Assembly: GCA_043228905.1 (NCBI GenBank)
Contig: JBHGNT010000014.1
Span: 7,564,001 to 7,628,000, forward strand
Direction: 5' to 3'
DNA: 64,000 nucleotides
Origin: Azolla caroliniana
Taxonomy: Eukaryota > Plantae > Polypodiophyta
Below are positions 23,625 through 36,691 of this stretch, piece by piece. The notes under the pieces were generated by a model, which saw nothing but the letters and a program-made list of their open reading frames with translations, did not search any database and was not told the DNA's origin. The position numbers and the translations under genes are program-made. The first letter of the stretch is position 1; the number at the start of each line of letters is the position of its first letter.

Positions 23625-26441
23625 TGTTAGCCGGCCAGCAAGGGAAGTCCAAAATGGGAAACAGGGGATAATTAATAACCGGGAGCTGATTATATATATA
23701 TATATATATATATAGAATTATTATGATTTGAGAAGCGAACGGACAGACCCTGAATCGGTATGCCGATTCGGATCCGGACCGGTTCGTAGGCGGTTGCCGG
23801 TTGGCACCGGTTTGTACCTAGAGCCGGAGACCTATAAAAGGGCCTTGTTAAATTGTAATCATTAGCGGATAATTAATAGAGTGATGTTGTTTTGTATCTT
23901 AATCATTGTTAATTACCATTCTGTGCTAAGTGTAATTTATCCTACGCGTGTATTGTGACTAATGATCTTGTTGCTTAGTAACCAATTAGGGTTCCATTAA
24001 TAGTTGGTCTAACTTTATCTCACCACAACACCCCTTTGGTGAAGTTTCTCAAGGGGACACCTTGTGTTAGGCCATTGTCCGGCCCTAGCCCTAACGATTG
24101 CGGAAGCGAGAGGCTTTCCAACATGCGGCAGAAGAGATCCGTGCGGATCGGTCATTTTCCAAGGTAATTCAACGAGTGGCCGCAGAGTCACTCCGCGGGC
24201 AGCAGAATTCCCAACCGGATGAAGGAAGTAGTTTGAGTAGTCTCTGGGACGCAGAATCCATTCTGCAAGCATTAGCGACACGGGGCGGCGATTCGGAACC
24301 GTTCTCGGCCTTCAAATCGGATTCGGACGGCGAATGCAGCACCCATTCGAATTACTGTAGCAGCCACGATACCCCAAACGGACCAGAGGAAGAGTAGTCG
24401 GATAGCTTGCCGACACCAGAACCGGAGTTAACGGAACTAGAAGCCCCAGACCGGCAAGTGGCGGATCAACTTCCGACACCGCCACGTGAGACACCGAAAG
24501 AAGAGGAGGAGAGACCTCCGACACCGGATGACGACATGTTGTTCCAATATCCCAAGTATCGGGATGATCCGGATGCAGAAGCTCATGTTTATGCATTTAT
24601 GCAAACATGGGAAGCAAACCATGTGTCGCAACACTTGACCGCCGCGAAAACTGAACGCTCGAAGATGGCAGAGTTTGGCATGACCTTGGAAGGATCAGCC
24701 GCACAATGATGGTTGACGCACACTCCCGACACCATCACGACGTTTGAATACTTAAAAACCAGATTTTTACTGTTCTTCAACAAGGAGGTGGATCAACGGG
24801 AGATGGTCGGCCTATTCCACACCATATGGTAGGAACCTACGGAAAATGACCAGCAGCAGGAAAAGTGCAAGGAACTCCGGGAGGAAATTAACCGGTTGAC
24901 GGTGGCATTGTTGGAAGAGCAGTCGAAGGGAGCCGAAGTAGCGAAACAACTAGCAGCAACAGCGAAAGAGTGATTGGACCTAAAAGGGCAGTACCATGCA
25001 GAAACGAAGTGCGCTACAAACCCAACTCAAACGACATATCAAACCCAACTCATGCACTACAGAAGTCAAGAAGTGGCAACCGCAAGCCTGATCAAACAAT
25101 TGAAGGACGAAAAACAGGCCGCGGAAAACAAGTCGAAGATGGGGTTGGGGCGGATCCGGGACATCGTACTAGCATGGAGGAATCGAATGAAGCAATTGGT
25201 GGAAGAAAGCTCAGTACAGTGGTGGTCGAAGTGGGCTAAGCAAGCAACAAAGCTACAGTTGCTGCGGGCAGATGTGGAAAACCGGCGGAAAGAGGGCGAC
25301 GAAGTTTACATCCTGGATAAAGAAAGCATTGAAGCAATAAAAGATGAACTATCTGATGATTTCATATCCTTGGCTGATGAGCAGAGGGTGGCGGTACGCC
25401 AGTTGGTGGCACAATTGGATGATGACCAGGTGGACAACAAACTCCATTTTGAAACGTACGAATGGGAACAACGACGACAAGCAGTGGGCAAGAAAACTGC
25501 GGCGATTAGCATAAGTGACAAGGAGCCATCTTCAACATAAACGTCGAATAAAGCCGGGGGAAGCCAACCAAATAGTACTCAGGAGGAGCCACTGAAGGAA
25601 GGTCATCCGCAGGAACAAGTGCACACCAGATAGTAGAACCAAGAGATGCCAAGACCGGTAGAGCTGGAAAAGGAGGAAGAGCCAGTAAGACCAGTCGAAC
25701 CGGAATTGGAGACAGAGCTGGTCATACTGATGGAGCCGCAGGCAACGGATGTCAACCAGCAGCAGCCACAGCTAGAGCTAGAGCGGCAAGAAGAGCAACC
25801 ACAACCGTAGGAATAATAGGAGGAGGAACAACAGCAACGACAGACGACAGAACAGCTTCCCGAGGAACCATTGGAACCCTTTGATCAAAGCATTCTAGAC
25901 ATTTTGGAGGATGAATGAAGGCCGGATCATGGGATTCGACGCACAAGGTACTGTCCCACGGGCGTGCCATGTGTTAGCCGGCCGGCAAGGGAAGTCTAGA
26001 ATGGGAAACAAGGGATAATTAATAACCAGGAGCTGATTATATATGTATATATATATATAGAATTATTATGATTTGAGAAGCAAACGGACGAACCCGGAAT
26101 CGGTATGCTGATCCGGATCCGGACCGGTTCGTAGCCGGTTCCCGGTTGGCACCGGTTTGTACCTAGAGCCGGAGACCTATAAAAGGGCCCGGTTAAATTG
26201 CAATCATTAGTGGATAATTAATAGAGTGATGTTGTTCTGTATCTTAATCATTGTTAATTACTGTTCTGTGCTAAGTGTAATTTATCCTACGTGTGTATTG
26301 TGACTAATGATCTTGCCGCTTAGTAACCAATTAGGGTTCCATTAATAGTCGGTCTAACTTTATCTCACCGTAACACCCCTTTGGTGAAGTGTCTCAATGG
26401 GACACCCTGTGTTAGGCCATTGTCCGGCCCTAGCAGTAACA
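23625..26441. mobile_element. Non-autonomous LTR element with gag remnant and coiled-coil ORF; LTRs 23625-~24096 and 25972-26441
   Basis: Direct repeats of ~470 bp; TG...CA outer ends; perfect TSD TGGGG (23620-24, 26442-46); gag-like 'YPKYRDDPDAEAHV..F...FGMTLEGSAAQ' (24407-24709, +). Confidence 0.92.
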
Positions 26442-26690
26442 TGGGGAACCATGCATATTGTCATACTAGCCACGAACTACTGCCAACAAGTTCTCCGATA
26501 TCTCTAGCAAGACATCTGAGAGACGTTGATCTAGAGCATCATAAAGTAGTTGGTTGCATCGACATTTCCATAATGCCCATAATGTTATCGTAGTCGCCAT
26601 ATTCCAAACCTGGACATATTGCAATTGCTTTCGAGGGCTTCTATTATTTACCATCATTGCCTCCTGAACATCGCCAACCTAAACTTGTAA
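26442..26690 (-). mobile_element. LINE (L1-like) ORF2 C-terminal fragment
   Basis: 'TITLWALWKCRCN' matches the W-x-[IL]-W-x-x-R-N motif found after zf-RVT. Confidence 0.55.
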
Positions 26691-26738
26691 TGGTGCCCAA
26701 TCATATATTTAATAGTCTAGTCCTTCCACGTACTAATA

Positions 26739-27725
26739 CAGTAACAATTCGGTTAAGTACGCACTTTGAACGCAAGGAAGAAGTGCATACTTAAGGGTTT
26801 TCTGAAAATTTTTAGGGCTTTTATGAAAATTTTAGGGTTTTCCAAAAAAATTTCTCTCTATGTTCTGATCACACAATTCTTGATAAGAGAAGTGATCAAT
26901 TTATGTGATATAATTGACCTAAAACATTTCTTGTTTCAGCATACTCTTCTTGAATATCGTTTCTTTCTTGATTCCATATTACCGTTAGTTTTCTCATTTC
27001 TGCTAGGCTTAAGCAATACATATGTTATTCAATGGATTACCTTGGATGCGCTGATATTTTTTCCTACGTTTTCTTCCTAGTGGTTGCATGTTTAAGCAAT
27101 TGTTGTACAAATGGAGGAAACGGGAATAGAGAGGAGAGGAATGATAGAGAAAGATTAGGCTGCAACTTCTACCATCTTTGAGAAAAAACGAGATGCACAA
27201 AAAGTGAGAGAGAGAGGGAGAGAGGGAGGAAAAGAAAGAAAGAAAGAAAGAAAATTAAGGATGAATGAATCAAACAAGGCGGCCATGGGGGGTGGGGGGG
27301 GAGATAATGAGATGATCGGGAAAAGGAAAAGGCTAATTAGGTTAGTAGAAAGTTTATTTTCTTTAACCAAGAATCAAAATCACTGACTCATAGACACACA
27401 CATAGACACACGACGCACATACATACACATTGATGTTGCAACTAGAGACCACTTTTGAATTTGCATTCGTTTTTATGCTTTGCATTTCTCTCTTCGTTTT
27501 CAACAGACCCCATCCACCATCGTGTAACAAATTCTTTTAATTTTATTACTTTTAGAAACTCATTTTATTGTTTTTTGGTGTTTGGAACATAGTTCCAATT
27601 TGGTTTGATGTAATTTCATCATGAAATAGTGTAAATTTTTTGATTTGGATTTTGACCTCTATAGAATGCGCACTTAATAGAAATGATGTAATTAAGTGGG
27701 CACATACTTAACCGAATGGTTATTG
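26739..27725. mobile_element. Non-autonomous Tc1/mariner-type DNA element (MITE-like)
   Basis: TIRs CAGTAACAATTCGGTTAAGTA / TACTTAACCGAATGGTTATTG (19/21) flanked by TA on both sides; no transposase. Confidence 0.75.
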
Positions 27726-28279
27726 TATATCATCACATGTGAGATATGCATGTCCGATGTTCCATAAATATGTAATGGTGCCCAATCATATATTTAATAG
27801 TCTAGTAGAATCTTCATATTCCCATACCAACTAAGGTTTGCAATCAAATCATTCATTTGGCTCAAGAGTCATTGACTTCATGACAAGATAAACCAGAAAT
27901 AGCATAAAATTATGTCCACTACACATTATATTCGATAAAAGATTATTCTTGTGTAATTATTACATACCACTTTTGCATAATTAGATTGAGGTTTAAATGC
28001 TATTCTTTACTTCACAAAAAACACAAATAAGTATTATATATATAAAGGGCGAATGTGGATGCACGCATACATATATAGATTCACATATTCGCATTCGTGG
28101 AGATTACCAAACGAATGCATAAAAAATATTCGTTTAAAAAAAACAAAGAGTTCATAAAGTCCCTACCTTTTAGTTTCTTAGATATATTATATAGCATATA
28201 ACAAACATGACTTTGACAATAAAAAGGGGATTTTTTTCCAAAATAAAAAGGAGAATATTTTACTTCGGATTAAAAAGTA

Positions 28280-28870
28280 GACTTCAACTAATAATATATT
28301 TATAATGGATTTAAAACTTAAAAGTATTTGTGTTATTTTTAAATAATAAATAAATAATAAATAAAAGGTTCATTAATTCCCCACTTTTTACTCTCCCACA
28401 AAATTTGATATTTTTATCAGTAATTAAAAAGGGGCCCTCACACTAATAATATTTTTATAATAGACATAAAATCTATAAGTTTGTTTTATTTTTTCATAAA
28501 GAAATAAATAAATAACAAGTAAATAAATAAATAGCAAGTAACTTTTTACTCTCCCACAAAATTTGATAGTTTTATCTAATATTAAAAAATGGGACCTCAC
28601 ACAAATAATATTTTTATGATTGATGTAAAACTTAAAACTATTTCTTTTATTTATAATATAAATAATAAATAATAAATAATAAATAAAAGGTTCATTAATC
28701 TCCCACTTTTTTCTTCCCCACAAAATTTCATATTTTTATCTTACATTAAAAAAGGGACCTAATACTAATTTTCTTCCCCACAAAATTTCATATTTTTATC
28801 TTATATTAAAAAAGGGACCTAATACTAATAATATTTTAATAGTAGATGTAAAAATATTTGTTTTTTAAAA
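28280..28870. repeat. AT-rich degenerate tandem repeat (4 copies of a CCCACAAAATTT...AAAAAGGGACC core)
   Basis: Core repeats at ~28395, 28553, 28716 and 28776. Confidence 0.8.
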
Positions 28871-29103
28871 ATAATAAATAAACGAATAGTTCTGTAATAT
28901 ATTCTCGAAGAATATTAAGGATAATGAATACCACGAATATCACGGATGGGTCAATCTATGCTATGATACATATATGATATATGTATACATATATGATATA
29001 CATATATATTACGTCACTACTAGATGCAACAACTACACACACAATATATATAGTCAAAAAAGTAATTTTCATAAATTGGAACCTTCAACCAATATGAATG
29101 TAT

Positions 29104-29107
<4 letters not shown>

Positions 29108-29134
<27 letters not shown>
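29108..29134. repeat. (CA)n microsatellite
   Basis: Direct reading. Confidence 0.95.
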
Positions 29135-29141
<7 letters not shown>

Positions 29142-30221
29142 TGACATTAAAAAGTATCAGTTGTACTAGAGCAGAGCAGGTGATGCCTGCAATTTATGTG
29201 TGTGTGTAATAGCAAAATATCCTAAAACGTGGGCGACACCACTTCGCAAAGCTTTAGAATAGGATTGATTGCATGCGCATGGGGATGATGAGGCGATCCT
29301 TTTCTAGGACCCACTTGTTTTCTGCACGATGATGATGATAGCGATGCCTCAATCTGCATGCATCGTGACCAAACACAAGTCACGGATCCACTATTATTAT
29401 TATTAGGTTATGAAATGTAAGTGAATGAGATTTTTGGTTGGTTTCTTACATATCTCTAAATATATAAGGCAGGGGGGGTTGTAAACTTGTACGTCCGTAC
29501 GTATGTATATATGTATGTATGTATGTATGTGCGAAACACCAAAGAGCAGGCACTTAAATGGTATGCTTGAGATTAAATAATAGGAATGAGTCAATCGTCT
29601 GATCGTGTTTGAGGAAAGGAAGTTTTGCTACAGGAGGAAGAAAGGGATGAAATACCTGTGTAAAAGGCCGCAGATTCACTAGTTCACTGTCTTCTTCTGC
29701 TGGTGCTGGTGCTGGTGCTGCAGATTTTTTATATTCATTCTTAACCAGATTTTAGTTTATTCATACAAAATTTGAACAATGCGGGTCCATATAAAATTAT
29801 AATCGATAATTAAAGCGTAGGTGATGGACCCCCCAGGACAAAAAAGAAAAAACCACCATAACCTTCCTAGTGTCTCATTTTCTTCAAAGATTTAAAGTCT
29901 CTCTTATCAATTTCAAAAACATCCTTCATTTCATACACGTTAAAATTGGATGGAAAATTGAAATAGTTGCCCCTATCCTCACTCCCCACATTCACTGCCT
30001 GCCCGCAAGGAATTTGTAGCGATAATACTTCACACTGACCGGTTTTAATGGGAACACTGAGTTCAACTGAACTGGAAGATCGAAAGACATCATTATCGGG
30101 GCTGAGTTAACTGGGATAAATTGTCTTAAAAGAGAGAATGATTTGTTGTACGAGAAAAACGAGACCGAAATATTAATATGGATGAGTAGAGTATGTATTA
30201 TAGTAGCAGAGAGAGACAAAC

Positions 30222-30225
<4 letters not shown>

Positions 30226-30271
<46 letters not shown>
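30226..30271. repeat. (GA)n microsatellite
   Basis: Direct reading. Confidence 0.95.
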
Positions 30272-30274
<3 letters not shown>

Positions 30275-30390
30275 CTGCAACATTTGCCATTACAAATAAA
30301 ATTGAGCAACCACTGGAATGAGAATCATGAGCCTCTCTGAAAAATCACTAAATATGTATATGTGAGTTTGGGAATAAACGAGTGGAAACG

Positions 30391-31199
30391 TTAAAGCCTT
30401 GCTGTTAATATACATATGATATTATTAATCAGGTGAGCAGTATACCTGATCTTAGTATTGTAATTACGGGTGGTTTCATGATTTGACGCAAGGCAACTGC
30501 CATACTTGCTGCTGCTGCTGCTACTCATGCGGCTGAGGCGGCTGGGCCCAACTACTGAGGCACAGTGATGATGGTGACTATCCATCCTCGTACTGCTGTG
30601 AGGTCTTGCCCGTCCCTGCAGCTTCTTCTGCAGAATTAAGTGCGGTATGAGCATCAAATTGTGAGAGTGTTGGCAGGCGGCGGCAGGGGGAGCACCCTCC
30701 TCCTTATGTTGATGGTGAAGTATGACCTTCGTCAATATATTATTATTATTGGACTTCTGTGCAGTAGTAGTAACAGTAGCAGTAGTAGTAGTAGTGTTGT
30801 TGTTGTTATTGGACCTCTGTGCCGCTGCCATCACATTAATAAAATTTAACCTAGCATTGATTTTTAAAACATGGATATTATTAATATATGCAGGCCTACC
30901 GGGGGTAGAGGATTATAGATTAGATGATGTGAAGCTGTTATTGTTGAGGAAGTGGTAATAATTGGAGCAGAATGAGGAGGAGTAAGGCATGGTGATGAGG
31001 AGGAAGAGGTGGTGATGGGGGAGGGGGAGGGGGAGGGGGAGACGATGATTGGATGTGGAAGTGCGGGAGACGATGATGATGACGATGATGACGATGATGA
31101 CGATGATGATGACGATGATGACGATGATGATGATCTGTGCAATCTGCATCTGAAGGAGCCCTCATGGGTTGTAGGAGCACACAAGCATGTTGGCGCCAT
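30391..31199 (-). CDS. Plant serine-rich protein family gene (CLCAPTTHEGSFRCRLHR motif), split across two frames by an intron or frameshift near 30817-30900
   Basis: ATG at 31199 gives MAPTCLCAPTTHEGSFRCRLHR plus poly-Ser; the downstream frame (30391-30834) carries the family-typical 'PSRLSRMS'; upstream GA-rich 5'UTR-like sequence. Confidence 0.8.
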
Positions 31200-33020
31200 C
31201 CTCCTTCCTATCTTTCTTTCTTTCTTACTCCTTCTATAGCTTATTAGATCTGCACACACTTCCCCTTCCCTCCTCCCTCCTCCCTCTCAAGCGCTCTGCT
31301 CTGCGTTCATTCATTGAATCGAAGATGAAGATGAAGATGAAGATGACATCACAAGCAGACGTGAGATCGAATCTCGCTTTTCTTTTATTGGTCGTGCCTT
31401 TCCTCTCTCTCTCTCTCGTGCGTGTGTGTATGGATGGATTCTTTTATGATATTTTTCCTCTTGTGTGCGTGTGATTATGTGTGTTATCCACTCAATCTCT
31501 AGAAGCTTTTATTTTTTATTTGGGTGGTACATTTATCATCCTCAAGCCCCCCTTCCACAATGGAAAATATACCTAAAGAAAGTATGAGAAAGAGATTTTC
31601 CATTAAAAGTAGATTCTCAATCGAGGCTTTTCTTTAAGCCCATCTCTCTCCGAGAAAATTCATATGCCACCCCAAAATACATTTCAAGCTGGCATACACG
31701 TATGAGCACGAAAGTATAACACACAATGAAACAATCTTTTTTTTTTTGTAATTTTACACATGCATATACCAACATGCAAATAGAATGCCAAAATGGACTG
31801 TCACAAACATAAAAAAGTGCCATTTTTGAGGCGATGAAGGATACAATGTATACCATTGTTTCTTTAGGAATATCACCAGTTTCACACTTTGGCTAGTAGT
31901 ATCAATGGAAATATTAAGACATTGATGATATTTTTCGCCATTTACTTATTCTTTAGATTTTAACACACTTGGGATACTTTGGAAATTTTTGGGGCGCCAT
32001 AATTTAGAGCATTACATTTCTTTTTGTAATGTTCACATTTTTAGTTTAGCAGAGCATTATTACAAGAATGTCTTGTTGACTAGAGCATACGAATAAAACT
32101 TATTGTTTGTAGTGTAACTCCTACAAATCATGACCAACTCTAAGAGTAAACCACAAATTTAAACTCTAAGTGACCTCAAATGCACAAAACAAATGCAAGA
32201 GACAATTACCTATGTTTAACAAAGTCATCTTGATGTCGATGAAGATTTCTTTTAACATGTTCACGTTCAGAAGTGGAAGGATCGTGTATTCCACTTTTAG
32301 ATTCCTTCTACAATTATGCAATTCAAGGCTATATACAATAACTTGATACACTATCACATGTGATTCAAACTAGATAAAATCCACAAAATTTAATAACATT
32401 TAACAAGTTCTTGAAATCAACTTGAGTGTGGAATGTTCAATGAATTATAAGTTTGATGTTTGTAGGAACCAAATGTTTTAATGAGCAGCAACATCACAAA
32501 TGAGTTATTAATTCAAGAAGTTGGTGGAAATCTATAACATGTACTATCTAGAACATTTCTGAAGTCCATGAATTTTTAAAAGACCAAATGCAATTAATCC
32601 AATGACAATCAAACATTTGGGCATTTGATACATGTTAAAATTTCTTCAATTCACTATTGAATTAGGAAACCTTTTGGAAAAGAAAGTATGTCAATTATGA
32701 CTAGATATAAAATGTAGTCAAATCCCAACATATGAACATGGTATACACATTTGATATCTAAGTTCAAGAATCGTGGTGCATTTTAGGTACTAGCTTTTGA
32801 ATTGATTTTTGTTGTATTCGATTTTCTATTGGAGGATGTATTCTTCCTTCTAAAATAAAACTTTAGACAAACAATGCAACTTACAATTAAAATGTAAAAG
32901 ATAGGAACAATTAAAAGGAAGAAACTTATAAAGAAAAATAATCCAGCATGATTATAACGAGAATGATTACCCAAAAAAGTTTTTATATGGTTTAGGGATA
33001 TGTAGGGCTATTATAAATTT

Positions 33021-35956
33021 CTACATGGCAGTAAGGGTGTCTTCATTGTTTTCCTCATCGTCCTTTTCACAACTCTCATCCAAATCCATTGCATGGATAT
33101 CAACTCCAGATAGGCCGGCTACCGTGGGGTCCGCTAAAAGCTCATCATCTAGTTCTATAAGCTCCCTAGGTTCACGAGCCAATAGAGGAATAGGCTCATG
33201 AGAGACAATTTGGAAATGTTCAATATCTGCGATATGCTTTGCCCCAACCTCCTCGTCCTGATTTGGGCATTCCCGTAATGTTTTAATCCTCATGTTAATG
33301 AAGCTTACTTGCTCTTTGTCTTTCTCCAATGCCACAATGTTTTGAAAGAGTTGCAAAGCACATGCAGACGTAGTACTTAGTACCGAATAAAAAAAAGAAT
33401 GCCTTAACCTCATGGGAAGATTTTCGTTTTGTAGAGCACCATGCCAGAGAATAGATCACATATCCAATCACCTTCATTTCAAAACATTTCGTTAAGACGC
33501 TTTATCAGAGGTTGAATGCTCAAGGCTTCTAATAAGGGTTCACAAGTCCACGTTTTATTGTGGTGACATGTCGTAACTTATGCGTAACTGCTCGATGAAC
33601 CAGCAGATTTGAACCCCCAACCTCGTTCAAATGCTCCTTTATCCTTTTATTCTAATTTCATCGAAATAACCAACAATTATATATTCTATGGCATTCACAA
33701 ACCAAAACATCGGTACTTTCTTCACGTTGGTCTTAATCCTGCCAAGTAGAATTAAGAAACCAAAAGGGGCATGTCAATTATAAAAGAAACAACGAAAAGC
33801 AAAACATTAGACAATGGAGAAGTTGAGTAAAACATCTTACCAAGCGAGGTTCTCGATTCCATGGCAACGACATCTCAAGGTTTGAGCCACACAGTATCCT
33901 TGATCCATCGAATGAAACACAACGATTCTCAACGCAGATGCTATGGTCAAATCTACGAAATCCTTAACCATTTTCTCGAGTTGTTTGAACCTAAACGGTT
34001 CATCATCGTACGATGATCCGGTCATGCGAAAGGCATATGGTATATTTGCGATCATGAGCGTTTACTCTTTCTTTGGCCTCTTCTAAACCATATCGGCCAC
34101 ATCACCGAAATAAACATTGTAATATAAATCACGGGTGATATCTTTTTTGTGGTTAAATTTCTTGAAAGTGTTGTCATCTTCAACGTCGTGCGTTTTGATT
34201 AAGCGTCAGTCCTTTTCTTTATGTGCCCTTTCAAGGTGTGCAAGAAAAAAGTGGGGAAGTCATGTATATCTCTTACTTCTTTTGCCTTCTTACTTAAACA
34301 AGGTTTCTACAAATACCAACAAAACATTGGAGGCGATACTTAATACCTTTACCATACACTATACTTATAAGCCCAACTAAAGAGAAATACTACCCCAATC
34401 TTTAAATGTGATAAAATCTTCCAACAAAGCCTTGTAGGAGGATGTTGTCGGGTAATCTTCAGTCACTTCATCCCAAGATAAGCAAGCAAGTTGTGTCATC
34501 ATCACCTCCTGAATTTTCATGTAGACCTTGTGACTGGAAAATCAAAAGCTAAGTTTAGAACACTTAAAAATGGTAAATCATATATAACATGAAAAATTAT
34601 TAATACTTACTTGTTGAACTTAGTGACTCGTACTTTCTAATTGGAACCGCGACTCGTACTTTCTAATTTTCCCTCAGACTTTACTTGATCGCCCACCACA
34701 ATTCCGACCTCATGAAGGCATTGACGTCAGAGAGACGGATATAACTTTGCTCCCTACTTCTGTTTGACGTCTAAGTATTCATGGTGGAAAAACCTTCTTT
34801 CCTCAATTTAAGACATCTTCTGGCAGTAGTTGTTGTCATTGTTATGTCCCATGCGAACAACTTCACCTCTTTTGTTGTTAGCCCCACATAAAATTTACAT
34901 TCTGCATAAGGAAATATGTGGTGGGATGTTCTCTGACAATCTCTTAGCCTCTGCCAAGTGTGATCCCGCAAATATGTAATAATTGTATTAATCATGTTTT
35001 CTAACATTGAAGTCCCCTAAAGACGAACACTCATCTGGATCAACCATTACGATGAATGGAACAATTTTAGCATGGGGATTAATCTTCATTTTCTTTTACA
35101 AGTTCTGAACGTGTAGTTTGTGAGGCTCTCTTATCTCTAGTGGTCGAAGTCTAGTCTTTTCATCGATAGCTGGGCGATGAATGTGAGTGATGGAAAGGCT
35201 AAAGACTTGTCCTTTCCTCACGAGCTTTCTTTGAATGATCTCTCTTCTAGTTTTTTTTTGCTCGGTATAAAGGAGACTGGATGACAACTTTGCTCCTAGT
35301 GTTGTCTGATCGTCTTGATCGTTTGTTGAACTCGAGGACTCTGATTCAAACATTTTGGTCACTTTCTTCTTAACAGGCCTCAAGTGTGCGGTAGGTCTTA
35401 TGGGTGCTACTTTTATGGGAGAGGGAGAAGCCTCCTTTAATGAGACATGGCCTTGTATGTATGGCCGCAGTGTAGTTATCAAGTTATTGGCTATGTCAAT
35501 GGCGACCTTGAAAGATTTAGAACCACACGACTCTTTTACTAGTCGGTCTTCGGACAAGAACATTTTTCGAACCCCCTTTGAGCAATTTACTAAAAGAATT
35601 AAATTTTGGGAGCTAGGATCCTCATAGTCTAATCTTAAGATCCGACCAAATCCAAAGGGTTGTTCTTTCTCTAATTTTCCGCATCCCTTATTCTGAGTTG
35701 TTAAGAGGACCGCCTCCACCTTATTCGAGTCGACATATGGCATTGACCTCTCGTATTCAGTGATGTCTTTGTCAGATAATGTTTTCCCTCCTGATGCCCC
35801 CACCATTTTCATTTGAATGACCTCGTCAGAAGGCTGCCTATTGACTTCATTGTCAAATAACAGTTTTTTGCCTTCTTGGGTGTATGTGATTACAGGGAAT
35901 TTAGAGTTCTCTCTAGGGGTGCTCTGATATTGAGATGAGTTTTCTTGATAGGCCAT
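33021..35956 (-). pseudogene. ParB/Srx-like domain fused to a beta-class N6-adenine/N4-cytosine DNA methyltransferase; intron-containing, disrupted
   Basis: ParB-like 'IREP..HVQNL*KKMKINP...PFIVMV...YYIFAGSHLAEA' (~34945-35140); MTase motifs in beta order: LMIANIPY (34035-34058), W-I-K-T-N across an intron, VNPY*KP (33523-33543), EGDWICDLFSG (33443-33475), TTSACALQLFQNIVALEKDKEQV..I..RI (33285-33376). Confidence 0.8.
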
Positions 35957-36077
35957 TCATCCTAATGTCTAGTAGACCTAATATGAAAATTCAAGAAACA
36001 TTTTTATGTTACTCTAAGGGACAATTGTATTTGTACTTAATATATCCCAAAAAGATTATGTTGGCCAATGATTTCAT

Positions 36078-36691
36078 TGTTGAGATACAAGCTCAACATT
36101 TGTTGGATCGGTGCGGAAACCGGGAGGCCGTTGAACAGATATTCCGCGACGGAATATATTTGGGAGTTAGTGTAGGAGCTCAGTTATGAGCATTGAAGTA
36201 CGTGTCAGTACTTTTGTTAGTTTGTATGGACTTGTATAAAAGTGCTCCCTGAGCACATCCTATGTACAGAGTTTTACACATTATTTGAATTTAGTTTCTT
36301 TATGTGTTATTTTCCCTCTCTGTCTCTCCTGCGTACATTGTGTCTTAAGCTCTCCTTTAAACCTGTTTTTCTTTGTCAGTATTCTTTGTTTCGTATAGCT
36401 TCCGCACATAACATTTCACATGGTATCAGAGCGCGAGGGTTGAGAACCTAGAGCTACAACCGACTTCAGCTCGAGACAACAAGAAAAAAACCTAATCTCG
36501 GTGAAGAACAGAAAGAAGAAGAAAAATGGATAGAGGTATGGCTAGTTCGCTTCCAACTGAGAAGCTCGATAGAAGCAACTACGCATCTTCGTCCTACAAG
36601 ATGTACCAGTACCTGCTCGGACATGGATACTGGAGCTATGTCGATGGAGCCAATGATGTAGCACCCGAATTGACACATAGAGACTTCCTGG
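36078..36691 (+). mobile_element. Copia 5' LTR (36078-36420), PBS-iMet (36421-36432) and truncated gag start
   Basis: Homologous to LTR 14933-15389; gag 'MASSLPTEKLDRSNY'. Confidence 0.92.

Noticed and set aside
30913-31239. Poly-Asp, poly-His and poly-Ile ORFs
   Set aside because: Alternative frames and strands of the (GAT)n microsatellite in the Ser-rich gene.
33021-33413. hAT transposase C-terminus (TSACA resembling SSSACER)
   Set aside because: It fits the post-motif-I segment of an amino-MTase much better and follows DLFSG in the correct order.
33603-33622. B-box-like GGTTCAAATC on the minus strand
   Set aside because: Lies inside the MTase coding exon with no A box at proper spacing.
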